Of a DNA stretch of 64,000 nucleotides, positions 29,016 through 39,512 are shown piece by piece. The position numbers and the translations under genes are program-made. The notes beneath the pieces are model-generated. The model searched no databases. It saw only the letters and a list, made by a program, of their open reading frames with translations, and was not told the origin of the DNA. Source of the DNA: an uncultured Chloroflexia bacterium (GTDB taxonomy: Bacteria; Chloroflexota; Limnocylindria; QHBO01); assembly GCA_963720505.1 (NCBI GenBank), contig CAVRFT010000006.1, forward strand, positions 3,781 to 67,780, in the 5' to 3' direction. Within the stretch, counting starts at the first letter, position 1. Each line of letters starts with the position of its first letter.

Positions 29016-29449
29016 ATGACACTGATCCTTTCGATCCTGGCCGGGCTGCTGGGCAGCCTCTTCGGCTCTGCCGCGCGGGCAGGCGCCGCCATGGGCCGAG
29101 CTCAATTGGAGGGCGGGCCGACGCCCGACGTGATGAACCTCAGCGGCTCGCCGATTGCCGGCGTCGTCGGCGGGGTGGTGGGCCTGGTGGCAGGTCCGAA
29201 GACGGCGTTCTGGCTGGGCGCCGTGCTGGGCGCAGCCGGCATCGACCGCTTCGATGCGTTCGCGCTGCGAGCAGGTCGGCATCGACATGGACGCCATGGT
29301 GGCCAAGGCCAACGAGGCGGCACAGTCGGCCGCCGGTGATGCTGCCGAGGCGGCCGGGCAGTGGGTCGGCGAGGTGGCCGACGCCGCCAACCAGGCCGCT
29401 GCCGAGACAGGCAGCGCGGTCGGAGTCCGCCGCCGAGGAGGCCGGCTAG
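29016..29449 (+). pseudogene. small membrane protein with glycine-zipper TM segments and an Ala-rich tail; two frameshifts
   Basis: GGGAGG lies 6 nt before ATG 29016. MTLILSILAGLLGSLFG..GVVGGVVGLVAGPKTAFWLGAVLGAAG, then EQVGIDMDAMVAKANEAAQSAAGDAAEAAG..., then ESAAEEAG*. No family recognised. Confidence 0.4.
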
Positions 29450-29455
29450 CCGCGG

Positions 29456-30139
29456 GTGGCCGGGGGCAAGGCCGCGCTGCGGGTCTACCTGGAGCGCGGC
29501 GACAAACGGACCTTCGCCGGCGCTCTCGACTGGCCGGGCTGGAGTCGTTCCGGCAAGGACGCGGAGCAGGCCATCGAGGCGTTGCTGGCGTACGCGCCGC
29601 GCTACGCCCGCGTGGTCAAGCGTGCCGGGCTGAAGGAAACGCCGCCCGGGTCGGACGCCACCGTTGAGATCGTGCAGCGGCTGTCAGGGGGTGGCGGGAC
29701 GGACTTCGGCGTCCCCAGCGAGGCGGCGAAGCAGGATGCGGAGCCGCTGAAGGGCAAGGAGCTCGCGCGCCAGCGGGCGTTGTTGGAAGCCAGCTGGAAG
29801 ACATTCGATGCCGCAGCCCGTTCAGCCAAGGGCAAGACGCTGCGGCTGGGCCCGCGGGGCGGCGGGCGCAACCTGGCCAAGATGTCCGGCCATGTGATGG
29901 AGGCGGAGGTCGCGTACCTCGGTGCGCTGGGCAGCAAGCCGCCAAAGGCGGCCGCCAAGGACGAGATGGCCGCGATCCGCAAGGCGGCCCTCGTCACCCT
30001 TGACGCCGTCGCGAACGACCTCCCGATCGAGAACCCGCGCAACACGCAGCGTCCGTGGAGCCCGCGCTACTTCATCCGGCGCTCGGCGTGGCATGCGCTC
30101 GACCACGCGTGGGAGATCGAGGACCGCATCGAGGACTGA
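29456..30139 (+). CDS. hypothetical protein, C-terminal half DinB-like
   Basis: Intact 227-aa ORF with high GC3. HVMEAEVAYLGAL and RRSAWHALDHAWEIEDR resemble DinB-type His motifs. Confidence 0.5.
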   Translation: MAGGKAALRVYLERGDKRTFAGALDWPGWSRSGKDAEQAIEALLAYAPRYARVVKRAGLKETPPGSDATVEIVQRLSGGGGTDFGVPSEAAKQDAEPLKGKELARQRALLEASWKTFDAAARSAKGKTLRLGPRGGGRNLAKMSGHVMEAEVAYLGALGSKPPKAAAKDEMAAIRKAALVTLDAVANDLPIENPRNTQRPWSPRYFIRRSAWHALDHAWEIEDRIED

Positions 30140-30142
30140 ACC

Positions 30143-30733
30143 CTAGGCGCCCGCCTGCAGGACCGATTCGACCACGATGTGCCAGACCAGCAGGCCACCA
30201 AGTCCAATGGCGAGCATGCCGACCACCACGTTGAGCGCAAGGGCGCGAACCGTCACGACCGCCTGCAGCGTCCCGTCGCGACGCTCCCAGCCGAGCCGCA
30301 GGAGCGGTGCGATGGCCGCCATGGCGGCCAGTGCCGGCGCCAGCACGAGCAGGAGGTCCACCGCTCTCACGCTTGTCAGCGCCGCCTGGATCGGGGCCAC
30401 GAAGTCTCGCACGGCAGTGAGGTCGAGCTCGTAGGCCAGCAGCGACGACACCACGAAGAAGAGGGTCGGCAGGATCAGCAGCGCCCCGACCACGGCGAAG
30501 GCGGTGGGATGACGCCAGGCGGGACGAATGGTCATGACGGTGTCTCCTTGCAGTGCGCGCCGGGCGCCGGTGGCGCGCAGCGCGAGGCCGCTCGACGCAA
30601 CGTCGAGCAGCACGCGGGGGGTGAGCGGAACGTCGGAAAGCAGGTCGAGCAGCTCGTCGCCGTAGCGATGGCGCCACGCCGGCGGATAGCAGCGCAGCAG
30701 GAGCCGGCCGAGGCGGTGGTGTCGGACGCTCAC
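30143..30733 (-). CDS. integral membrane protein co-transcribed with PadR
   Basis: Intact 196-aa ORF overlapping the PadR stop by 4 nt. Cytoplasmic N-terminus (CYPPAWRHRYGDELLDLL) plus about 4 TM helices. Confidence 0.6.
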   Translation of the reverse strand: MSVRHHRLGRLLLRCYPPAWRHRYGDELLDLLSDVPLTPRVLLDVASSGLALRATGARRALQGDTVMTIRPAWRHPTAFAVVGALLILPTLFFVVSSLLAYELDLTAVRDFVAPIQAALTSVRAVDLLLVLAPALAAMAAIAPLLRLGWERRDGTLQAVVTVRALALNVVVGMLAIGLGGLLVWHIVVESVLQAGA

Positions 30734-31032
30734 GCGCCCACCCGCTGCAGCCCGGTCCGAACTGCCCGATCCAGGCCGCCCAGGCGACGTTCCAGCACCC
30801 GTCGGCCACCGGGCGTCAGCCGGTACGGATGCCGCCGGCCGTCGCTCGGCAGCGGGGCCACGTGGCCCTCCTCCTCCAGTCGGCTGAGCGCGCCATACAG
30901 CGTCCCGGGGCCGAGCCGCACGCCGGCGAAGTCGGCGATGTCGATCAGCATGGCGTGGCCGTGCTTCGGCCCACTGGCCAGGCTGATCATCAGCAGCAGC
31001 CGTGGATCGTTGGTGGGTGCGTGGTCCGGCAT
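30730..31032 (-). CDS. PadR family transcriptional regulator
   Basis: Last 100 aa of track ORF 30730..31413, from ATG 31032: LLLMISLASGPKHGHAMLIDIADFAGVRLGPGTLYGALSRLEEEGHV. Confidence 0.85.
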   Translation of the reverse strand: MPDHAPTNDPRLLLMISLASGPKHGHAMLIDIADFAGVRLGPGTLYGALSRLEEEGHVAPLPSDGRRHPYRLTPGGRRVLERRLGGLDRAVRTGLQRVGA

Positions 31033-31052
31033 GGGCTCCTCATCGCTCGCAC

Positions 31053-31071
31053 TACTACGTGGCGCGTAGTA
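31053..31071. promoter_or_regulatory. perfect 7-bp inverted repeat TACTACG-N5-CGTAGTA; candidate PadR operator
   Basis: Located 21 nt upstream of the PadR ATG, in the 109-nt divergent region shared with the ABC operon. Confidence 0.4.
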
Positions 31072-31129
31072 TTCGCCGGCCGTCCGCCTGCCGTCAAGCC
31101 CGGCGATGGAGCCGCGGAGGGGACGGCGG

Positions 31130-31135
31130 TAGAAT
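31130..31135 (+). promoter_or_regulatory. candidate -10 box (GGTAGAAT) 6 nt upstream of the ABC ATPase ATG; leaderless-type
   Basis: Sequence gcGGTAGAATcggtgcATG, with no Shine-Dalgarno sequence. Confidence 0.45.
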
Positions 31136-31141
31136 CGGTGC

Positions 31142-32077
31142 ATGCCCCCTTCGGACGAGGTCCTTGTCCACGCGCGCGGTCTGACGAAGCGTTTCGGCGA
31201 GTTCACGGCGGTCAACGCCATCGACTTCGACGTGCGGGTGGGCGAGGCGTTCGGCTTCCTTGGCCCGAACGGCGCGGGCAAGACCAGCACCATGCGCATG
31301 ATCGCCTGCTCGTCGCCGGTGACCTCCGGGGAGCTGACCGTGATCGGCATGGATCCGCGCCGCAACGCGCCCCAGATCAAGGCACGTCTGGGCGTGGTGC
31401 CGCAGCTGGACAACCTGGACGCCGAGCTGACCGTGCGCGAGAACCTGGAGATGTACGCGCGCTACTTCGACATCCCCGATGCGGTGGCCAGCGCCCGGGC
31501 CGACGAGCTGCTCGACTTCGTCCAGCTCTCGGAGCGCGCCACCGACCAGGTGGAGCCGCTTTCCGGCGGCATGAAGCGACGGCTGACGATCGCCCGCTCG
31601 CTGATCAACGAGCCGGAGCTGATCATCCTGGACGAGCCGACCACCGGCCTGGATCCGCAGGCGCGGCACCTGCTCTGGGAGCGGCTTTACCGGCTGAAGC
31701 AGCGCGGCGCCACGCTGATCATCACCACCCACTACATGGACGAGGCCGAGCAGCTCTGCGACCGGCTGGTCGTCATGGACAAGGCCGAGATCGCCGCCGA
31801 GGGATCGCCGAGGGAGCTGATCGAGCAATACGCGACCCGCGAGGTGCTGGAGCTGCGCTTCGCCGACGCGGTGCGCGAAAGCCTGGACGGCCGACTGGAC
31901 GGCCTGGCGGACCGCGTCGAGGCGCTCCCCGACCGCCACCTGCTGTACGTCGACGATGGGGAGCGGGCGCTGGAGATGGTCCATCAGCGTCAGATCCCGG
32001 TGGAGTCGGCACTGGTGCGCCGCGCCACGCTGGAGGATGTCTTCCTGCGCCTCACCGGGCGGACCCTGATCGAATGA
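31142..32077 (+). CDS. ABC transporter ATP-binding protein (DrrA/NodI-like, ABC-2 subfamily)
   Basis: Intact ORF with Walker A GPNGAGKTS, signature LSGGMKRRL and Walker B LIILDEPTTGLD. Confidence 0.9.
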   Translation: MPPSDEVLVHARGLTKRFGEFTAVNAIDFDVRVGEAFGFLGPNGAGKTSTMRMIACSSPVTSGELTVIGMDPRRNAPQIKARLGVVPQLDNLDAELTVRENLEMYARYFDIPDAVASARADELLDFVQLSERATDQVEPLSGGMKRRLTIARSLINEPELIILDEPTTGLDPQARHLLWERLYRLKQRGATLIITTHYMDEAEQLCDRLVVMDKAEIAAEGSPRELIEQYATREVLELRFADAVRESLDGRLDGLADRVEALPDRHLLYVDDGERALEMVHQRQIPVESALVRRATLEDVFLRLTGRTLIE

Positions 32078-32853
32078 CCGCCGCCACGCGCGTCCTGCAG
32101 CGCAACCTGCTGGTCTACCGGCGGACCTTCCGGGGCAGCATCTTCAGCTCGTTCGTCACCCCGCTGCTGTACCTGACCGCCATGGGCCTGGGCCTGGGCC
32201 AGCTGGTGACGCGCGACGTCAGCAGCCTGCCCGGCGGCGACTACCTGTCGTTCCTGGGCCCCGGCATCATGGCCGCCAGCTGCATGCAGGCGGCCGTGTT
32301 CGAGTCGACCTTCCCGATCATGGGCAAGATCATGTGGCGTCGGAACTACGAGGCCATGCTGGCCACGCCCATCCAGGTGCATCACATCCTGGGCGGCGAG
32401 CTGCTCTGGATCGGCTTCCGGATGGTGCTCATCTCGAGCGTCTTCCTGGTGGTCCTCACCCTGTTCAAGATCCCGACCTCGTTCCTCGCGCTGCTGGCCG
32501 TTCCCGCGTGCGTGCTGCTTGGCGTGGCCTTCTCGGCCGCGATCATCAGCTTCGCCGCCACCCAGAAGAACGACGCCGGCTTCGCCGCGATATTCCGTTT
32601 CGTCATCAATCCCCTGTTCCTGTTCAGCGGCACCTTCTTCCCGCTGAGCTCGCTGCCGGATTCGCTGCGGTGGGTCGAGTGGATCGCGGCCGCCACGCCG
32701 CTGTATCACGGCGTGGCGCTGGTTCGCGGCGCGGTCCTGGGCGATGCCGGCACGCTGGCCGCGTGGCCGTGGCACGTCGCCTACCTCGTGACGTTCGCCA
32801 CGGTCTTCGCGGTCGTCGCCCATCGGCTCCTGAGCCGCAGGCTGGTGACCTAG
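32074..32853 (+). CDS. ABC-2 type transporter permease
   Basis: ATG 32074 (ATGA overlap) inside track ORF 30829..32853. Six predicted TM helices and LLVYRRTFRGSIFSSFVTPLLYL. Confidence 0.85.
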   Translation: MTAATRVLQRNLLVYRRTFRGSIFSSFVTPLLYLTAMGLGLGQLVTRDVSSLPGGDYLSFLGPGIMAASCMQAAVFESTFPIMGKIMWRRNYEAMLATPIQVHHILGGELLWIGFRMVLISSVFLVVLTLFKIPTSFLALLAVPACVLLGVAFSAAIISFAATQKNDAGFAAIFRFVINPLFLFSGTFFPLSSLPDSLRWVEWIAAATPLYHGVALVRGAVLGDAGTLAAWPWHVAYLVTFATVFAVVAHRLLSRRLVT

Positions 32854-33690
32854 ATGGCCGGACCGATGGAAGCCACCGCGCGCCGCCTGCTTGGACCGCT
32901 CCCGACGCCGCCGTTCGTCTCCTCCCTCCTGCGCGCCCGGCGGCTGGTGCAGCGGAACATGCTCGTCTACCGGCACAGCTGGATCATCATCGTGTCCGGC
33001 TTCTTCGAGCCGCTCTTCTACCTGCTGGGGATCGGCTTCGGGCTCGGCAGCCTGACCGACGGCGTGACCCTCTCCGACGGCCGCACCATCCCCTACCAGG
33101 CCTTCGTGGCGCCCGGCCTGCTGGCCATGTCGACGTTGAACGGGGCCATCGCGGAGTCGATCTTCAACGTCTTCTTCAAGCTGAACTTCGCGCACATCTA
33201 CGACGGCATCCTGGCCACGCCGCTGGGGATCCGCGAGATCGCCATTGGCGAGCTGATCTGGTCACTGATGCGCGGCAGCATCTATGTCGTGGCCTTCCTG
33301 ATCGTGATGCTGGCCTTGGGCCTGATCCTCTCCCCGTGGGCTATCTTCGTGCCCGCTGCCGCCGTGCTGCTGGGCGCCGCCTTCAGCGCCGCCGGCCTGG
33401 CCACCACGGCGTACCTGCGCACGGTGCAGGACTTCGACCTGCCGATGGGCCTGGTGGTGATGCCGATGTTCCTGTTCAGCGGAACGTTCTTTCCCGTCAC
33501 CTTCTACCCGGTGCCGGTCCAGATCCTGATGGAGGCGATCCCGCTGTACCACGGCGTGGTGCTGGTGCGCGCGCTCACCACCGGGCTGATCGAGCCGCGC
33601 CTGGCGTGGGACGTCCTGTACCTGGTCGTCTTCTGCGGGATCTGCCTGTTCATCGCCATGCGCCAGATCGAGCGCAAGCTGATCAAGTAG
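32854..33690 (+). CDS. ABC-2 type transporter permease (second subunit)
   Basis: Intact ORF starting immediately after the previous stop. Paralogous layout (NMLVYRHSWIIIVSGFFEPLFYL). Confidence 0.85.
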   Translation: MAGPMEATARRLLGPLPTPPFVSSLLRARRLVQRNMLVYRHSWIIIVSGFFEPLFYLLGIGFGLGSLTDGVTLSDGRTIPYQAFVAPGLLAMSTLNGAIAESIFNVFFKLNFAHIYDGILATPLGIREIAIGELIWSLMRGSIYVVAFLIVMLALGLILSPWAIFVPAAAVLLGAAFSAAGLATTAYLRTVQDFDLPMGLVVMPMFLFSGTFFPVTFYPVPVQILMEAIPLYHGVVLVRALTTGLIEPRLAWDVLYLVVFCGICLFIAMRQIERKLIK

Positions 33691-34355
33691 GCGCTTCCGG
33701 CTCCCGTCCCAGCAGCAGCGGCAGCGCCGCGCGGATGTAGCCCAGCCCGGAGCCCACGCTCAGCACGGTGGCCAGCAGCATGGTCGCCACCCCCAGGGTC
33801 GTCAGCCAGTCGCCGGCCACGAGCCTCGCCAGCGGACCGCCGGTGGTGGCGTCATAGGCGAGCATGAGCAGCCCCATTCCCAGCAGGGTGGCGAAGGTCT
33901 TGCCCTTGCCCCAGGCCCGCGCCGGCATGACCACGTCGGCGCTGGCCGCCAGCTGGCGCACGCCCTGGACCACCAGCTCGCGGATGAGCAGCAGCGCGGC
34001 GATCCAGGTCGACAGCAGCGAGACCTCGACCATGGCGATCAGCGCCCCGGCCACCAGCACCTTGTCGGCGGTCAGGTCCATGAAGATGCCCAGCGGGCTG
34101 ACTTCGCCGCGTGCCCGCGCCAGGCGCCCGTCCACGAGGTCGGTCAGTCGCGGCGGCCCAGAACACCAGGCACGCCAGCAGGCCGGCGCCCGGGAACGGA
34201 TACAGCAGCAGCGCGATCACCACCGGCGTGGCCGCAATCCGCGCCACGCCCAGCATGTTCGGGAGCGACGTCAGCCGCGCGGGTCGTGCCGGTTGGACCG
34301 ATGGCGTGGCGGCTGCCTGGGGCGCGGCGGTGGTGGGACGTTCAGCCTCGGCCAT
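33683..34355 (-). pseudogene. pgsA: CDP-alcohol phosphatidyltransferase (PgsA-like), frameshifted near 34140
   Basis: LPNMLGVARIAATPVVIALL...AAATD|LVDGRLAR...GIFMDLTADK, the D(x)2DG(x)2AR...D(x)3D motif split across ORFs 33852..34400 and 33683..34135. Confidence 0.8.
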
Positions 34356-35000
34356 TCGAGCTCGCCGCCTCTCGTTCGCCGATCCGCCGCTCGGTGCCAT
34401 CCCGCAGGCGGCGCAGGTTGTCGCCGTGCGAGCCGATGATCAGCAGCCCGGTCGCCAGCGCATAGGCGACCGCTGCCCAGCCGACCACGCCGATGGTCGC
34501 CAGCATCGCCGTGACCGCCGGCGCGGCGGCGGCCGCCACGACGGAGCCCAGCGACACGTAGCGCGACTGCCACACCACGATCGCCATCACCGGCGCGATG
34601 ACCGCCAGCGTCCACGGCGAGATGACCAGCAGCCCACCCGCCGAGGTGGCCACGCCCCGTCCACCGCCGAAGCCGATGAAGACCGACCAGTTGTGGCCGA
34701 CCACCGCCGCCACGCCGGCGGCCGCGGCAACCCATTCCGCGTGAGCCCGCCGGGCCGGCCTGGTACAGCGCCTGCGCGAGCAGCACCGCCACCACGCCCT
34801 TGGCCACATCGAGCACGAACACCGCCACCGCCCAACCCAGGCCCAGCGTCCGCAACGCGTTGGTGGTCCCCGTCCGCCGCGAGCCGTGCTGCCGGAGGTC
34901 GACACCGCCGGCCAGGCGTCCGGCCAGGAGGCCGAACGGGATGGCGCCGATCAGGTAGCCGAGGCCGATGAGCGCGACCGCCCCTAGCCGGGCCAGTCAC
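34342..35000 (-). pseudogene. plsY: glycerol-3-phosphate acyltransferase PlsY, two frameshifts near 34989 and 34748
   Basis: GTG 35000: MTGP|LGAVALIGLGYLIGAIPFGLL..HGSRRTGTTNALRTLG..VLDVAKG..|HAEWVAAAAGVAAVVGHNWSVFIGFGGGRGVAT... The three frames step by one base each. Confidence 0.75.
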
Positions 35001-35007
35001 CGGGACG

Positions 35008-35334
35008 TCAGCTCCGCGAGGCCGCCATGCGGCCCTGCAGGAAGCGCAGGCCGACGATGAGTCCTGCCCACGCGGCCGCGCCGCCGAGGCCCACCCACAG
35101 GGCCATGGGCAACCCATTCGGCCAGGCCAGGGAGAAGGCGACCAGGCCGGCCACCACGGCGCCCCCGACCAGCCAGGTCATGAATCGGCCCGACCAGAAG
35201 ACGAACGGGCCCGCCGGCCTGGCACGACGCGCGGTGCGGGCAGCGGCGCGACCGCGATTGGCGGCAGCCGGCGTCGCGTACGGATCCTGGCCCTTGTTCA
35301 TGCGCTTGTAGGCGCGTCGCTCGGCGCGGGACAT
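35008..35334 (-). CDS. small basic membrane protein, hypothetical
   Basis: 108-aa ORF with an Arg/Lys-rich N-terminus followed by two TM helices. It is embedded in the out-of-frame tail of the ndh track ORF. Confidence 0.5.
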   Translation of the reverse strand: MSRAERRAYKRMNKGQDPYATPAAANRGRAAARTARRARPAGPFVFWSGRFMTWLVGGAVVAGLVAFSLAWPNGLPMALWVGLGGAAAWAGLIVGLRFLQGRMAASRS

Positions 35335-35355
35335 CGGCTCGAGTGTACCCCGCTC

Positions 35356-36724
35356 TCAGTCGTCGTCGTGCACCGGCGGCCGGCGGTGACCGGACGAGCC
35401 CATGGCCGAATGCTCGTCCTCCACCTTGAGCTGCACCGGATCGGTCCCGAAGAGGGAGGTCAGCAGCCAGTCGAGCGCCACGTGGGCCTTGCGGTTGAAG
35501 CCGGGCGTGCGGCTCCAGTAGTAGCCGCGCCACATGAACCAGGCCAGCAGGCCGCGCACCCGGATCCCGAACACCACGCCGACGCCGGTGTGGTGGCCAA
35601 TCGAGGCCAGCTGCCCCAGCGGCCGGTAGCGGAACGGCCTGGCCGGCCTGCCGTCGATGTGGGCCAGGATGTTGTGGGCCAGCGCCTTCGCCTCGCGGAC
35701 GGCGTTTTGGGCGGTGGCCGCGTGCGGCGGACCCGTCCGGGTCGTCGACATTCGGGATCCGCGCACAGTCGCCAATGGCGAACACGCCCGGCCGGCTGGT
35801 GGCCATGGTCGCATCGGTGATCGCCCGTCCGGCGCGGTCCACCTCCACGCCGATCTGGGCCACCAGCGGCGCGGGGCGGACGCCGCCGGTCCAGATGACG
35901 GTGCGCGTCGGGATGGTGCGCTGCGCCTCGCCGTCACCGATGACGACCTCGTTCTCGCGCACCTCCTTGATGGGCATGCCGGTCAGCACCTCGTAGCCGC
36001 GCTGCTCCAGCCGGCGGCGGGCATAGTCACCCATCGGCCCCGGCATCTCCGGCAGGATCTGGTCGCGCAGCTCCACCAGGTGGGCGCTGACATCGGTCTG
36101 GCGCAGCTTCGGGTAGTAGCGCTTTCGCACGCGCTGGATGAAGTCCTCGACCTCGCCCGCCGTCTCGACGCCTGAGAATCCCCCGCCGCCGACCACGAAG
36201 GTGAGCTGCGCCCGCTTCTCGTCCGGGTCCTCCTCCAGGTCGGCGCGCTCCAGGATCTCGATCATGCGGTTGCGCAGGCTGAAGGCATCGGCCAGCGACT
36301 TCATGCCGACCGCGTGCTCCTCGACGCCGGGGATGCCGAAGCCGTGCGTCACGCCGCCCAGCGCCAGCACCAGCGTGTCGTAGCGCAGCGTGTGCAGGTC
36401 GCCGTCGCGTCCCATCACCTTCACCGCGCTGCCATCCAGGTCGACCGACTCGACGTCGGCGGTGATGCACCAGCTGCTGGGTCGGCGCAGCATGCCGCGC
36501 AGCGGGCTGACCACGTGCCGCGGCTCCAGGGCGCCGGAGCAGACCTCCGGCAGCAGCGGGGTGAAGAGCATGAAGTTGTCGCGGCTGACCAGCCAGACCT
36601 CGACGTCGGTGCGGCGCCCGAGGCGGCGCTCCAGGGCCTGGGCGGTCATCACGCCCGCGAATCCACCGCCCAGGATCAGCACCCGGTGCGGCCACGGTGG
36701 CTCGGCGCGATAGATGGTGCGCAT
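35356..36724 (-). pseudogene. ndh: type II NADH:quinone oxidoreductase (NDH-2), frameshifted near 35737
   Basis: [11 protein letters not shown], then VVGGGGFSGVE, then FAIGDCARIPNVDDPDG|PPHAATAQNAVREAKAL, with the remainder in ORF 35356..35937. The junction is a GG run read as GGG. Confidence 0.85.
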
Positions 36725-36801
36725 CGCTCCTGATCATCGCATCGTCGGCCCCGGACCGCGATCATCGCGCGGCGGCATCGGTCTGTACCATTACGCCCGC
36801 G

Positions 36802-39496
36802 ATGGATCGTCCGATGCACGAAGTCTTCGACCAGTTCAAGCAGCAGCTGCCGGACATCGACCCGGTCGAGACGCAGGAGTGGATGGAGTCGCTCGACGCC
36901 GTCGTCGAGCAGGAAGGCGCTGACCGCGCCCGCTACCTGATCTACAAGCTGCTCAAGCGCGCCCGCCAGCTGAACGTGGGCCTGCCGCCGCTGGTCCAGA
37001 CCCGCTACATCAACACCATCTCGCCGGAGCAGGAGCCGTACTTCCCCGGCGACGAGGCGATGGAGCTGCGCATCCGCCGCATGATCCGCTGGAACGCGCT
37101 GGCCATGGTGCTGCGCGCCAATACCCGCTTCGAGGGCATCGGCGGACACCTGTCCACCTACGCCAGCGCCGCCAGCCTGTACGAGGTCGGCTTCAACCAC
37201 TTCTTCCGCGGGCCCGAAGACGGCTCCGCCGGCGACCAGGTCTACTTCCAGGGCCACGCCGCGCCCGGCATCTACGCCCGCGCATTCCTGGAGGGGCGCC
37301 TCTCGGAGGAGCAGCTCGACCACTTCCGGCGCGAGGCGCTGTGGCCCGGCGGGCTGTCGTCGTACCCGCACCCGCGGCTGATGCCCGACTTCTGGCAGTT
37401 CCCCACCGTCAGCATGGGTCTCGGCCCGATCAACGCGATCTACCAGGCCCGATTCAACCGCTACCTGGCCGCACGCGGCATCGTCGACACGTCCGCCAGC
37501 CGCGTCTGGGGCTTCCTGGGCGATGGCGAGATGGACGAGCCGGAGGCGCTGGGCGCCCTGGGCCTGGCGGCCCGCGAGGGCCTGGACAACCTGATCTTCG
37601 TCGTCAACTGCAACCTGCAGCGCCTGGACGGCCCGGTGCGCGGCAACGGCAAGATCATCCAGGAGCTGGAGGCCACCTTCCGCGGCGCCGGCTGGCACGT
37701 CATCAAGGTCATCTGGGCGCGCGAGTGGGACGACCTGCTGGCGCGCGACAAGGACGGCGTGCTGCTGGCCAAGATGAACGAGACGCTGGACGGCGATTAC
37801 CAGCGCCTGTCGGTGGCCGATGGTGCCTTCATCCGCGAAAACTTCTTCGGGCCCGATCCCCGCCTCAAGGCCCTGGTCGATCACCTGCCCGATGAGGACC
37901 TGCCGAAGCTGCGACGCGGCGGCCACGACTACCGCAAGGTGTATGCGGCCTATGCGGCGGCGGTCGAGCACACCGGCTCGCCGGTGGTGATCCTGGCCAA
38001 GACGGTCAAGGGCTGGACGCTGGGCCCGGGGATCGAGGCCCGCAACGTCACGCACCAGGCCAAGAAGCTGACCCAGGACGAGCTGAAGATCTTCCGCGAC
38101 CGGCTGGAGCTGCCGATCCCGGACGACCAGCTGGCCGAGGCGCCGTACTACCACCCCGGCGCCGAGTCACCCGAGATCCAGTACATGCTCGAGCGGCGAA
38201 GCCAGCTTGGCGGCGTCATGCCGCGCCGCGTGGTGCGACCGATGCCGCTGCCGGACGCGGCGGACGCGGCGTACGCCGAGCTGTTCGCCGGGCTCGGATC
38301 GCGCCGCCTCGACCACCATGGCCTTCAGCCGCCTGACCCGAAACCTGACCCGCGACCCGACCATCGGTCGCCGGATCGTGCCGATCATCCCGGACGAGGC
38401 CCGCACCTTCGGCATGGACCCGCTGTTCAAGGAGGTCGGCATCTACAACCCGCTCGGCCAGCGCTACACGCCGGTCGACAAGGAGCTGCTGCTCTCCTAC
38501 CTGGAGAAGGAGGACGGGCAGATCCTGGAGGAGGGCATCACCGAGGCCGGCGCCATGGCCGACTTCACCGCCGCTGGTACCTCATACGCCGTCCACGGCC
38601 AGCCGATGATCCCCTTCTACATCTTCTACTCGATGTTCGGGTTCCAGCGCACCGGCGACCTGGCCTGGGCCTTCGGCGACGCACGCGGCCGTGGCTTCCT
38701 GATGGGCGCCACCGCCGGGCGCACCACCCTGACCGGCGAGGGGCTGCAGCACGACGACGGGCACAGCCACATCCTGGCGTCGGTCCTGCCCAACATCCGT
38801 GCCTACGACCCGGCCTTCGCCTACGAGCTGGCGGTGATCGTGCGCGACGGCATCCGGCGCATGTACGGCGAGGCGCCGGAGGACGTCTTCTACTACGTCA
38901 CCCTCTACAACGAGAACTGGGTGATGCCGGCCAAGCCCGATGGCGTGGACGAGGGCATCCTGCGCGGCCTGTACCTGTTCCGACCGGCGGACAAGGGCTC
39001 GCGCCGGGTCCAGCTGCTGGCGTCGGGCTCGATCCTGCACCAGGCCATCAAGGCCCAGCCGCTGCTGGCGGAGCGCTACGACATCGCCGCCGACCTGTGG
39101 AGCGTCCCGTCGTTCCAGCTGCTGCGCAACGAGGCGCTGGAGATCGAGCGCTGGAACCGGCTGCATCCCGAGGCCGAGGAGCGCGTGCCGTACATCGTCC
39201 AGCAGCTCGCCCCGACCGAGGGACCGATCGTGGCCGCCACGGACTACCTCAAGGCGCTGCCGCACATGGTGGCGCCGTGGATGGATCGGCCCTTCACCGC
39301 GCTCGGCACCGATGGCTTCGGCCGCAGCGACACGCGCGAGGCGCTGCGCATCCATTTCGAGGTCAGCCCGGAGCAGATCGCCTACGCCGCGCTGCACGGC
39401 CTGTGCATGACCGGCGCGGCCAGTCGCGAGGAGCTGGCACGGGCCATCGGCGAGCTGGGGATCGACCCGGAGCGAACGGACCCGCTGCGCGCCTGA
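36802..39496 (+). pseudogene. aceE: pyruvate dehydrogenase E1 component, homodimeric type, frameshifted near 38307
   Basis: [13 protein letters not shown], then [24 protein letters not shown], then [23 protein letters not shown], then ...GLGSR|[23 protein letters not shown] (ORF 38207..39496). TACCAT lies 10 nt before ATG 36802. Confidence 0.9.
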
Positions 39497-39512
39497 CCGC
39501 GGCCGGGGCGCC

